This document shows positions 8,373 to 16,613 of a stretch of DNA of 64,000 nt, in pieces. Both the position numbers and the translations under genes were made by a program. This DNA is from Candidatus Eiseniibacteriota bacterium (GTDB lineage: Bacteria > Eisenbacteria > RBG-16-71-46), in the NCBI GenBank assembly GCA_044223005.1, contig JBGAML010000012.1, positions 1 through 64,000 on the forward strand, in the 5' to 3' direction. Numbering within the stretch: the first letter of the stretch is position 1; each line of letters begins with the position of its first letter. Under the pieces are notes generated by a model. The model saw only the letters and a list, made by a program, of their open reading frames with translations. It was not told where the DNA came from and did no database searches.

Positions 8373-9273
8373 CTACACGACATGGGCTGGGGCCTGGCCA
8401 CATTCGGCCGCGCCGTCCCCACGCTCGACTTGGATGGTCGTGTGTTCGATTCCAAAGCGGTCGTGCAACTCACGACAAATCTGCGCCATGGCGTCGTCGC
8501 CGAGCGTCTCCACCGGCACGACGAGATGGACCGTCAACGCGGTCTCGGTCGTACTCATCGCCCAGACGTGCAGGTCGTGCACCGCGCCCACGCCCGGGAC
8601 CGCTTGCAGGAACGACTGGATGGCCGGCAGATCGGTGCCCTCCGGCACCGCATCCATCGCGAGGCGCAGAGACTCCTTGAGCAGGCTCCACGTCCCGAAC
8701 ACGATGACCGCCCCCACACCGAGGCTGACGACCGGGTCCAACCAGGACTTCCCGGTCCACTGGATGGCGATGCCCGCGAGGACCACGCCCACGGACACAG
8801 CGGCATCGGACAGCATGTGCAGGAAGGCACTGCGATCGTTGAGGTCGCGGTGGCGGCCAGAGACGAACAGGAGCGCGGCCATCCCATTGACCACAACCCC
8901 GATCGCCGCCACCACCACCACCGTTCCACCCTCAACGGCGTGCGGACGGGCGAGTCGCTGCAGCGCATCCCATGAGATCCCCCCCCACCGCGACAAGCAG
9001 AAGGATAGCGTTCCCGAGCGAGGCGAGGATGGATGCCCGGCGCATGCCGTAGGTGTGTCGCTCGCTGGGAGGCCGTTGACCGAGGATGACGGCACCCCAC
9101 GAGAGCCCCAGACCCAGCACGTCCCCGAGGTTGTGCCCAGCATCGGACAGCAACGCGAGGGAGTGTGCCCGGAGCCCGTAGGTGACCTCCACGATCACGA
9201 ACAGGACGTTCAGTCCCATCCCGATCGCGAAGGTCCTCGATGACGCTGGGGTCCCGTGGTCGTGGCCGTGCAT
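8373..9273 (-). pseudogene. czcD: Cation diffusion facilitator (CzcD/ZitB-like), frameshifted at a G8 run (8979-8986)
   Basis: N-half (SLALLSDAGHNLGD, HTYG..RASILA) and C-half (AFLHMLSDA, DPVVS, HDLHVW, HTTIQ) are in different frames; G7 would read VAVGGISWDAL in frame. Confidence 0.85.
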
Positions 9274-9281
9274 GCGGCCTC

Positions 9282-9620
9282 CTAGATGGCCCCGTCTCCT
9301 GCTTCACGGCTGCGGATGCTGACGACGGCATCGACATCCGTCACGAACACCTTGCCATCCCCCCGCCGGCCCGTATGCGCGCCGCGAACGAGTGCTTCCA
9401 CCAGAACGTCGACATCGGGATCGCGGCAGAGAATCTCGAGCTTCACCTTGGGCGTGAAGTCGACCGCGTAGTCCGACGCGTCGTGTGGATAGCTCTCGTC
9501 CTTCTCGCGGCCGAAACCCCGCACATCGGAGACCGTCAAACCGTGAACATGCGCTTCCCGAAGCTCGTGCATCACCCGGGTGAGCATGAATGGCTGAATG
9601 TACGCCTCAACTCGCTTCAT
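9282..9620 (-). CDS. P-II family signal transduction protein, metal-efflux associated (112 aa)
   Basis: MKRVEAYIQP, GLTVSDVRGFG, PKVKLEI, TGRRGDGKVFV, IR motifs. Confidence 0.9.
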   Translation of the reverse strand: MKRVEAYIQPFMLTRVMHELREAHVHGLTVSDVRGFGREKDESYPHDASDYAVDFTPKVKLEILCRDPDVDVLVEALVRGAHTGRRGDGKVFVTDVDAVVSIRSREAGDGAI

Positions 9621-9631
9621 GAGCGACTCCT

Positions 9632-12600
9632 TTAGAACTCCACGTCCCGCCGTTCGAGCCAGCGGTAGAGGATGGGAAGCAGGAACAGGGTGAGCGCCGT
9701 GGAGGTCACCAGCCCGCCGACGACCACCGAGGCCAGCGGCCGCTGGATCTCGGAGCCAGGCCCGGTTGCGACCAGGAGCGGAATCAGTCCAAGGGCCCCC
9801 ACCAGTGCGGTCATCAGGACGGGGCGCAGCCGCAGCTCGCCCCCGCGTAGAACGGCGTCTTCGAGCGTCGCTCCCTCCCGCCGCAGCTGGTTGAAGTAGG
9901 ACACCATCACGACGCCGTTCAGGACGGCTACGCCGAACAGGGCGATGAACCCGACCGAGGCTGCCACACTCAGGTTCTGTCCCGAGATGAAGAGCCCGAT
10001 CACCCCGCCGATCAGTGCGAACGGGATATTGAGGACGATGAGAACCGCGTTGCGAAGAGACCCGAAGCTCGTGAAGAGCAACAGGAAGATCATGAGCACG
10101 ACGAGAGGCACCACGATCGAGAGCCTCGCCATGGCGCGCTGCTGGTTCTCGAACTGGCCGCCCCAGGTGACGAAGTAGCCCGTCGGAAGCACGACCTCGC
10201 GCCCCACCGTACGCTGTGCGTCTGCGACAAACGATCCCATGTCCCGACCGGTGACGTTGCACTCGATGACGATGCGGCGCTGGCCGTTCTCACGGCTGAC
10301 CTGCGCGGGGCCTTCCTCGACGCGGATATGGGCAAGCTGGCTCAGCGGTACGCGTTGACCATCCTCCGCCGTCACCATGAGGTTCTCGAAATGCGCCGGA
10401 TCCGAGCGAATCGCCTCCGGGAACTTGACGACGACGGCGGAGCTGCGTTGTCCCTCGCGCAGTATCGTGGCTTCGCTGCCACCGATGGCGGTTTCGATGA
10501 TGGCCTGGATGTCGGCCACGTTGATCCCGTAGCGGGCGATGCGCTCGCGATCGATGTCCACGTCGAGATACGCGGTACCGGCGGTGCGCTCGAGGTTGAC
10601 GTCGGCAGCCCCGCGGATCTGACGGATGACGCGCTCCACCGCCTCGCCCTTCTCGCGCAGGACGTCGAGATCGTCGCCGAAGATCCGTATTGCGACCTGT
10701 GCCTTGACACCGGAAACGAGCTCGTCGACGCGCAGCTGGATTGGCTGCGAGAAGCTGTAGGACATGCCGGGAATGTCCTCGAGCCGCGCACGGATCTTCT
10801 CCACCAGCCCCTCCCGGGTGCGCGCCGTCTTCCACTCCGCACGCGGGCGCAGGTTGGCGATCACATCGCTGACCTCGAGGCCCATCGGATCCGACGCGAT
10901 GTCCGCGCGCCCCGTCTTGGAGACGACGGAGGTGATCTCCGGGAACGACCGGAGCACTCGCTCGACCTCCAGCTCCATCTGCCGCGAGCTCGAGAGCGAG
11001 ACGCTCGGCAGCCGGAAGGTCTGCAGGCCGATCGCGCCCTCATCGAGCGGCGGCATGAATTCCCGGCCCAGTCGCGTGAACAGCAGCGCGCTCGCGACGA
11101 GACCGACCAGCGCCAGTGCTACCGGCACCTGCCAATAACGCAAGCACCAGCGCAACGTCGGGATGTAGATCGCCTTGGCACGAGCCACCAGCCAGGTATC
11201 CCGTTCGGACAGCTTGCCCTTGAGGACGAACGTCGCAAGGACCGGGACGAGCGTCAGGGACAGCACCAGAGAGCCCGCGAGCGCCGCTGCGATCGTGAAG
11301 GCCAGAGGCGCGAACATCTTGCCTTCGAACCCCTCGAGCGTGAAGAGCGGCAGGAAGACTACCGCGATGATCGAGATACCGAACACGATCGGCCGTCCGA
11401 CCTCAGAGGCACTTTCCCGGACCACCTCGACGATGTTCCGCTTGCCGTGATCCTCGGCGAGATGACGGAAGACGTTCTCGGTCATCACGACCGCACCATC
11501 CACGATCATGCCAATGCCGATGGCGAGCCCGCCGAGCGACATCAGGTTCGCGGAGTAGCCGAAGGCCTTGAGCAGGATGAAAGCCACGAGCGCCGAGAGC
11601 GGCAGCACGAGGGTCACGAGGAGTGCACTGCGCACGTTGCCCAGGAACAGCACGAGCACGAGCAGCACCAGCACGCCACCCTCGAGCAGGGCTTCCGTCA
11701 CGGTGTGCATCGCGCGATCCACGAGCTCCGTGCGGTCGTAGAACGGCACCACGCGTACGTCCGGGGGAAGCGCCTTGCGAACCGTGGCGAGCCTGGCCTT
11801 GACTGCGGCCACCACGTCCCTCCCGCTCGCACCTTTCAGCATCAGCACGATGCCCGCGACGGACTCACCCTTGCCGTCCCGCGTGACGAAGCCCTGCCGC
11901 GGCTCCGGCCCCACGGTGATGTCGGCGATATCGCGCACGAAGATCGGTGTGCTGCCGCGATGCGCCACCACGATTCGGCCAAGGTCCTCCTGGGACTTGA
12001 TCAGACCCAGGCCGCGCACCACGTACTGCTCGCCGCTGTGTTCGATGTAGCCACCACTGGCATTGGCGTTGTTCTCGGCGAGAGCCTCCAGGACCTCACG
12101 CAGCGTCAGGCGGAAACTGGTGAGCTGCTCAGGCCGGACGAGTACCTGGTATTGCTTGACCAGTCCGCCGAAGCTGTTGACGTCGGTCACGCCGGGCACC
12201 CCGCGCAGGATCGGCCGCACGACCCATTCCTGCAGCGTGCGCAGGTCCATCGCATCTCGCCGCGGACTTTCGAGCGTGTACTGGTAGATCTCGCCCAGGC
12301 CCGTGGAGATCGGGCCCAGCTCGACGTTCACGCCCGCGGGCAGTTTCTCGCGCGCCTGCTGCAAACGCTCGAACACGAGCTGGCGGGCGAAGTAGATATC
12401 GACGTTGTCCTTGAACACGACGGTCGTGAGGGAGAGCCCAAGCTTGGACAGGGACCGGACCTCGGTCAGCCCCGGAAGCCCGCCCATGCTGACTTCGACC
12501 GGATAGGTGACGATCTGTTCGACCTCGACCGGAGCCATTCCGGGAGCTTCCGCGAGGATCTGCACCTGGACGTTGGTGACGTCAGGGAAGGCATCGATCG

Positions 12601-12700
12601 GCAGGTCGTGAAGCGCCCGGACCCCGAATCCGATGAGCGCAAGAGTCGCGAGGAGGACGAGCAGGCGCTGACGAAGGGCGAAAGAGACGAGGCGATCCAT
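9632..12700 (-). CDS. czcA: CzcA/CusA family RND efflux permease (1022 aa)
   Basis: LPIDAFPDVTNVQVQI, MSLGGLAIGIG.IVDGAVVM.EN, RLRPVLMTA, SEIQRPLA. Confidence 0.95.
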   Translation of the reverse strand: MDRLVSFALRQRLLVLLATLALIGFGVRALHDLPIDAFPDVTNVQVQILAEAPGMAPVEVEQIVTYPVEVSMGGLPGLTEVRSLSKLGLSLTTVVFKDNVDIYFARQLVFERLQQAREKLPAGVNVELGPISTGLGEIYQYTLESPRRDAMDLRTLQEWVVRPILRGVPGVTDVNSFGGLVKQYQVLVRPEQLTSFRLTLREVLEALAENNANASGGYIEHSGEQYVVRGLGLIKSQEDLGRIVVAHRGSTPIFVRDIADITVGPEPRQGFVTRDGKGESVAGIVLMLKGASGRDVVAAVKARLATVRKALPPDVRVVPFYDRTELVDRAMHTVTEALLEGGVLVLLVLVLFLGNVRSALLVTLVLPLSALVAFILLKAFGYSANLMSLGGLAIGIGMIVDGAVVMTENVFRHLAEDHGKRNIVEVVRESASEVGRPIVFGISIIAVVFLPLFTLEGFEGKMFAPLAFTIAAALAGSLVLSLTLVPVLATFVLKGKLSERDTWLVARAKAIYIPTLRWCLRYWQVPVALALVGLVASALLFTRLGREFMPPLDEGAIGLQTFRLPSVSLSSSRQMELEVERVLRSFPEITSVVSKTGRADIASDPMGLEVSDVIANLRPRAEWKTARTREGLVEKIRARLEDIPGMSYSFSQPIQLRVDELVSGVKAQVAIRIFGDDLDVLREKGEAVERVIRQIRGAADVNLERTAGTAYLDVDIDRERIARYGINVADIQAIIETAIGGSEATILREGQRSSAVVVKFPEAIRSDPAHFENLMVTAEDGQRVPLSQLAHIRVEEGPAQVSRENGQRRIVIECNVTGRDMGSFVADAQRTVGREVVLPTGYFVTWGGQFENQQRAMARLSIVVPLVVLMIFLLLFTSFGSLRNAVLIVLNIPFALIGGVIGLFISGQNLSVAASVGFIALFGVAVLNGVVMVSYFNQLRREGATLEDAVLRGGELRLRPVLMTALVGALGLIPLLVATGPGSEIQRPLASVVVGGLVTSTALTLFLLPILYRWLERRDVEF

Positions 12701-12704
12701 GAGG

Positions 12705-13802
12705 TCACTCCTCGCCCAGCTGGCTCTTGGACGCCTGCGACTTGAGCAGGAATCCGCCGCGCGTGGCAATGCGCTCACCGGGCCGCACGCCTGTGAGGAT
12801 CTCGGCACGGTTGCCGCCCAGTGAGCGCACTTCCACCGGCCGGGCGACGAACGTCGAGTCCGTCAGCGCCACGTAGACCACCTTGGAATCGCCCTGAGAC
12901 TGGATCGCAGCCTCGTCGATTACGAGCGCACTTCGCGTCGTTCCCGTGGCGATGCGTGCCGCGACGAACATGCCAGGGCGGAGTTTGAGGTCCGGGTTGC
13001 CCACCTCGAGGCGCACGTCGAGCGTGCGCGTCGTCTCCTTGATCGAACCCTCCAGGCTCACGACTCGCCCGGAAAAGCCGAGGCTCGGGAATGCCGTCGT
13101 ACTGAGAACCGCCGGCTGCCCGACGTGCAGTCGGCCGAGGTCGCGATCGTAGGCATCGACGACCGCCCAGACTTCGCGCAGGTTCACGATGCCGAACAGG
13201 TCGGTTCCGCCCGGCACCTGTCGCCCGGTTCCGGCCTCGACCTCGGTCACGACGCCCGAGATGGGACTGCGCAGCGGCAGGTACGGGATCGCCTCGTGCG
13301 TCCGGTCGAGGCGGTCGAGGTCTTCCGCCCCGGCCCCTAGCAGCTCCAGACGCTGTCGGGCCGAGTGCGCGACACTCGCGAACTCGCTGGCATCGCCGCC
13401 GGCCGACTCCGCACGCTCGTGGGCGAGCAGGTAGTCGCCCTCCGCAGCCGAGAACTCCGGGCTGTAGAGCGTTGCGAGGATCTGCCCCCTGGTGACGTGA
13501 TCGCCGATGACGGCCTGAACGCCCTGGATGGTGCCGGAAACGCGCGTCGAGACGTGGGCGAGATTGAGCGGCTTGGGCTGGATCTGCCCGTTCACGACCA
13601 CGGTGTCCGCGAGCGGTTGCGCGCGCAGGGCCTCCACCTGGACCTCGCCGTTTGCAAGGCTGGCGGCGGGAAGATGGATGAGGGAATCGGCAGCCGCGGC
13701 TTCTGGTTGTGATGCCTGCTTCTCGCTGCCACAACCTGCAACAAGGATCGGGAAGACCAGCAAGAGCAGCAGGTGTTGCGTAGACCGGGTGAGGGATCGC
13801 AT
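12705..13802 (-). CDS. czcB: CzcB/CusB family periplasmic adaptor, probable lipoprotein
   Basis: Lipobox-like LVAGC; G..V..GQ.L...YSPE, SPISG.V, TRT..VR, LRPGMF. Confidence 0.92.
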   Translation of the reverse strand: MRSLTRSTQHLLLLLVFPILVAGCGSEKQASQPEAAAADSLIHLPAASLANGEVQVEALRAQPLADTVVVNGQIQPKPLNLAHVSTRVSGTIQGVQAVIGDHVTRGQILATLYSPEFSAAEGDYLLAHERAESAGGDASEFASVAHSARQRLELLGAGAEDLDRLDRTHEAIPYLPLRSPISGVVTEVEAGTGRQVPGGTDLFGIVNLREVWAVVDAYDRDLGRLHVGQPAVLSTTAFPSLGFSGRVVSLEGSIKETTRTLDVRLEVGNPDLKLRPGMFVAARIATGTTRSALVIDEAAIQSQGDSKVVYVALTDSTFVARPVEVRSLGGNRAEILTGVRPGERIATRGGFLLKSQASKSQLGEE

Positions 13803-13810
13803 GTCTATCG

Positions 13811-15073
13811 TCACTCCGCGACCGAGAGGTCGGTCAGGGCGAGCTCGTAGTTGAGCAGGGCCCGGATGTATTCGAGCTCGATCGAGCGGAAGGTCCGCAG
13901 GGTCTCGAAGAGTTCGAGCCCGTCGATCTGGCCAGCCTGGTAGTTCTGCGTGGCGGTCCGAATCGCGTCGGAAGCGTCGGCGAGCAGGAGGTGATCGAAC
14001 TGCTGAACCTGTCGTTCGGCAGCGCGCGCGGATTCGAATGCGTTGCGCACAACGAGATCCACCTCGCGTTGGGTAGCCTCCAGCCGCGCCTGTGCGCTGC
14101 TCGTCGAAGCGCGCGCCTCGCTGATCCGTGATCGCCGATCCGTCCACGGTGCAAAGGGCAGCGTGAACGAGATCTCGCCGCCGATCCCCGGGCTCTCGGA
14201 GCCGGGAACACGGTCGAGCCCGGCGCTCACCGAGGTGGAGGGCAGCAGGGCGCCCCGTGCAAGTCCCACCTGCGATTCGCCACGTTCGACTTCCAGTCGA
14301 GCGGTGCGAAGCCTTGGTCGATTCGCCATCGCGGCAGTCAGGACGGATTGGAGACTGTCTGCGAGCGGGACATAGACGAGCGAATCCGCCGGCTGGAGCT
14401 GTTCTTGGGCCCCGCGAGCCATCAGGGCGTTGAGAGCCCGCTGGTCCTCGCCAAGTGCTCGAAGGCCCTCGACCGCGTCGTTCTCGATCCGCGCCCGCTC
14501 CGAACGCGCACGAAGAACATCCAGGTACCGCGCGCCTCCCGTACGAAGGCGCGCACTCACCATCTGCTCGAAGTCACCTGCCGTCCGGCGCAGGCTCTCG
14601 AGGGTATGATTGCTCAAGGCATCTGCCTGTAGCCGACGATAGGCGCGAGTGACGTCGCCCTTGAGCTTGAGGGCGAGGGAGGCGCGGCTGGCCTCCGCCA
14701 TCGCCAGTTCCACTCGGGCAACCGTCCTGGCCCGGCCTCTTGCACCCGGAGCGCCGAGGTCCTGCGACAGCCGCACCGCGGTCTCGTGCTCGTCGCGACT
14801 GACCGGTGTGCCGCGCTTGCCCGCTTCGAAGCTCAGGCTTGGGGCCTCGAGTGCTCCGGCCTGTCTCACTCGCGCGCGGGCCGCCTCAATCTCGCGATCG
14901 GCGGCGCGAAGTGCCGGGTTGTTGGCGAGTGTCCTCACCACACACGAATCGAGCGTCAGCGCCTCGGATTGTGCGCGGCTTGGGATGCAGACCAACCATG
15001 CGCACACGACGACGCGCGCGAGGCGGGTCCAGGGTCGATGGGTCTGATGGCGGGCATGGATCGGCTGTAGCAA
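13811..15073 (-). CDS. czcC: CzcC/TolC family outer membrane efflux protein
   Basis: NP.L.AA, helical OEP repeats, Y.AG.I...EL; position upstream of czcB. Start uncertain. Confidence 0.9.
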   Translation of the reverse strand: MLQPIHARHQTHRPWTRLARVVVCAWLVCIPSRAQSEALTLDSCVVRTLANNPALRAADREIEAARARVRQAGALEAPSLSFEAGKRGTPVSRDEHETAVRLSQDLGAPGARGRARTVARVELAMAEASRASLALKLKGDVTRAYRRLQADALSNHTLESLRRTAGDFEQMVSARLRTGGARYLDVLRARSERARIENDAVEGLRALGEDQRALNALMARGAQEQLQPADSLVYVPLADSLQSVLTAAMANRPRLRTARLEVERGESQVGLARGALLPSTSVSAGLDRVPGSESPGIGGEISFTLPFAPWTDRRSRISEARASTSSAQARLEATQREVDLVVRNAFESARAAERQVQQFDHLLLADASDAIRTATQNYQAGQIDGLELFETLRTFRSIELEYIRALLNYELALTDLSVAE

Positions 15074-15166
15074 GGGAACTCTCCTCCGGAAGGCAAGTGG
15101 GGGGCTCGGCCAATACGGAAACAGCCGCGAGGACCAGATGGTCCCGCGGTTGCACGGCGGAGGAGT

Positions 15167-15592
15167 TCAGTTCCGGAGAATGGTCGTTCGGGAGGGCGGG
15201 AACGACGGAGGTATCTGCGTGTCGAACACCGGCGCCAACCGAGCCAGCACGGCATAGGGTTCGGCGTCGTGGCTCCCTGCAAACAAGGGAGTGGGTGCCG
15301 GGGGCCTGGGATTCGCAGATGCCGTGCCGTGATGGTTTGGACTCAGCACGTGCGCGCTCACGGGGACATCGATGCAGTCCCCGCAGCCATCGGGGGCCGT
15401 GCTGACCCCCGCGTTCTCGACCGACGCGCTGGTGGACGGCACGTAGTCCGCGCAACGACCCTGTCCGACTTCGATCGCGAGGTGCCCGTTGGGCGCGACG
15501 CAGATCACGGATCGATGAGCGCCCGCCGGGAGGCCGACGAGCAGTGCAAGGCCGAGGTAGAGGTGGCTCACCAACCGGGCAAGGGTGCGCAT
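15167..15592 (-). CDS. Cys/His-rich exported leader protein at the head of czcCBA (CzcI-like position)
   Basis: Signal-like N-terminus, VICVAPNGHLAIE, CGDCID, ends SRTTILRN. Confidence 0.65.
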   Translation of the reverse strand: MRTLARLVSHLYLGLALLVGLPAGAHRSVICVAPNGHLAIEVGQGRCADYVPSTSASVENAGVSTAPDGCGDCIDVPVSAHVLSPNHHGTASANPRPPAPTPLFAGSHDAEPYAVLARLAPVFDTQIPPSFPPSRTTILRN

Positions 15593-15843
15593 GGCCGAAC
15601 AACGCTAGTTTGAACGCAGAACGCTGTCAATCGCGGGCTGCAGTTTGTCAGGCTGGCGTCAGTTGCCAGCGTCCCGCGGCTCTAGGATGCGGGGCCCGGC
15701 TGCAAACGACCGCCAAGGCTGCTCGAACCCGATCCTACGGGAGCCTCGTCATTCGGAACTCAAGAGTACACCGCGCTCACGCGGCCACTCATCGGAGCCC
15801 TTCAAAGATCGGGGGTCAAGACACAAGTCGCTTGGCGTGACCC

Positions 15844-15862
15844 TGCTACTGATTTGCTACTG
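15844..15862. repeat. TGCTACTG x2, candidate arm-type sites, right end of element C
   Basis: 11-bp period, ~150 bp left of junction 3; one further copy at 6122-6129. Confidence 0.55.
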
Positions 15863-15906
15863 CATCAGGGTCCTTTATTGTCCATTTCTGTCCCTCCATG
15901 TCCCTG

Positions 15907-15950
15907 AAAATGACGAGGCCCAAGAGGCTGCAACCTCTTGGGCCATCGTC
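15907..15950 (-). terminator. Intrinsic terminator downstream of the tRNA half at junction 3
   Basis: GACGA-GGCCCAAGAGG-ctgcaa-CCTCTTGGGCC-a-TCGTC, with AAAA on its left (U tract on minus strand). Confidence 0.65.
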
Positions 15951-16006
15951 TAATACTAAGTGGCGACACGTGTTCGTAGATTCGTCAGAATATGAGTCGT
16001 TTCCCG

Positions 16007-16045
16007 TTTCGAGACCGCCCGATTCAGCCGCTCTCGCACCTCTCC
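16007..16045 (-). repeat. att junction 3: 5' half of tRNA-Ser(CGA), 39 bp
   Basis: Identical to 1522-1560. Confidence 0.9.
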
Positions 16046-16052
16046 ACGTGTG

Positions 16053-16081
16053 GTTTTACACGAGGTTGTGGGGCTTTTCAA
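16053..16081 (-). promoter_or_regulatory. Putative sigma70 promoter in front of the tRNA 5' half
   Basis: Minus strand TTGAAA-17 bp-TAAAAC, 7 bp before tRNA G1. Confidence 0.55.
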
Positions 16082-16098
16082 GTCCCCGGAAGGCGCGT

Positions 16099-16131
16099 TG
16101 GCTGCAGAACTGGCTGCAGATTTGGCTTCAG
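16099..16131. repeat. TGGCTGCAGA x2 plus TGGCTTCAG, candidate arm-type sites of element D
   Basis: 12-bp period; one-base variant of the element B motif. Confidence 0.65.
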
Positions 16132-16340
16132 TCACCCGGCGGCAGGAACGGCCAGGTTGCCGCGAAGAACGGCCAGCAGAGCGTCATCACCGAGACGTTC
16201 AGCACGCGGGAGCCCCAGCCCTCCGGCGCATGCGCCCTGCTGGGCCGCCGGAGATCAAGCCACACTCCCCACGTCAGGCCGATCGCGAAGTAGATCGCGA
16301 CGACCCATCGCTGCCAGATCGGTGCCCGCAACCAGGCCAT
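16128..16340 (-). CDS. Small membrane protein (70 aa, about 2 TM)
   Basis: GAGGAG RBS before ATG 16340; MAWLRAPIWQRWVVAIYFAIGLTWGVW...VMTLCWPFFAATWPF. Confidence 0.55.
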   Translation of the reverse strand: MAWLRAPIWQRWVVAIYFAIGLTWGVWLDLRRPSRAHAPEGWGSRVLNVSVMTLCWPFFAATWPFLPPGD

Positions 16341-16364
16341 CGAGCTAGTCTCCTCGATCAGCAG

Positions 16365-16445
16365 ATCCAACTGCTCGACCTCTCGCCGTACCATGTCATC
16401 GCCGATCTTCGCGTACCGCTGCGTGGTCACGATGAAGGAATGGCG
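16365..16445 (-). pseudogene. C-terminal fragment of a tyrosine integrase
   Basis: HSFIVTTQRYAKIGDDMVRREVEQL versus HSSIVTTQRYAKISDDMVRREVERL in the element B integrase. Confidence 0.88.
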
Positions 16446-16613
16446 AAGTTGTCGCAGCGAAGCGCGGCAGCCACGTCGCGCCAGGATACCAAGGCCTACC
16501 AAACGGAGAAGCCGCCAAGGGAGGTCACGCCCGCATGGACAGTGGTGTGCACGAGTCCTTTCCCGAGGAACTGCATATCAGTGGTGCGCGAGTTGTCGCC
16601 CCAATCGCCCGCC

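Larger units (their letters stand above)
5879..16006. mobile_element. Element C: ~10-kb heavy-metal efflux island without its own integrase
   Basis: Lies between att junctions 2 and 3; TGCTACTG motif at 6122 and twice at 15844-15862; seven co-oriented metal-related genes. Confidence 0.75.
16007..16445. mobile_element. Element D: truncated remnant related to element B
   Basis: Same order as the left end of B: tRNA half, promoter, GGCT(A/G)CAGA repeats, small cargo gene, integrase C-terminus. Confidence 0.75.

Noticed and set aside
1522..16445. Classical integron or full prophage
   Set aside because: No attC-like palindromes or recognisable IntI insertion, and no structural, terminase or Zot genes.
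16128..16502. 124-aa integrase-membrane fusion protein
   Set aside because: Better explained as an integrase remnant in frame with a separate small gene that has its own GAGGAG RBS.
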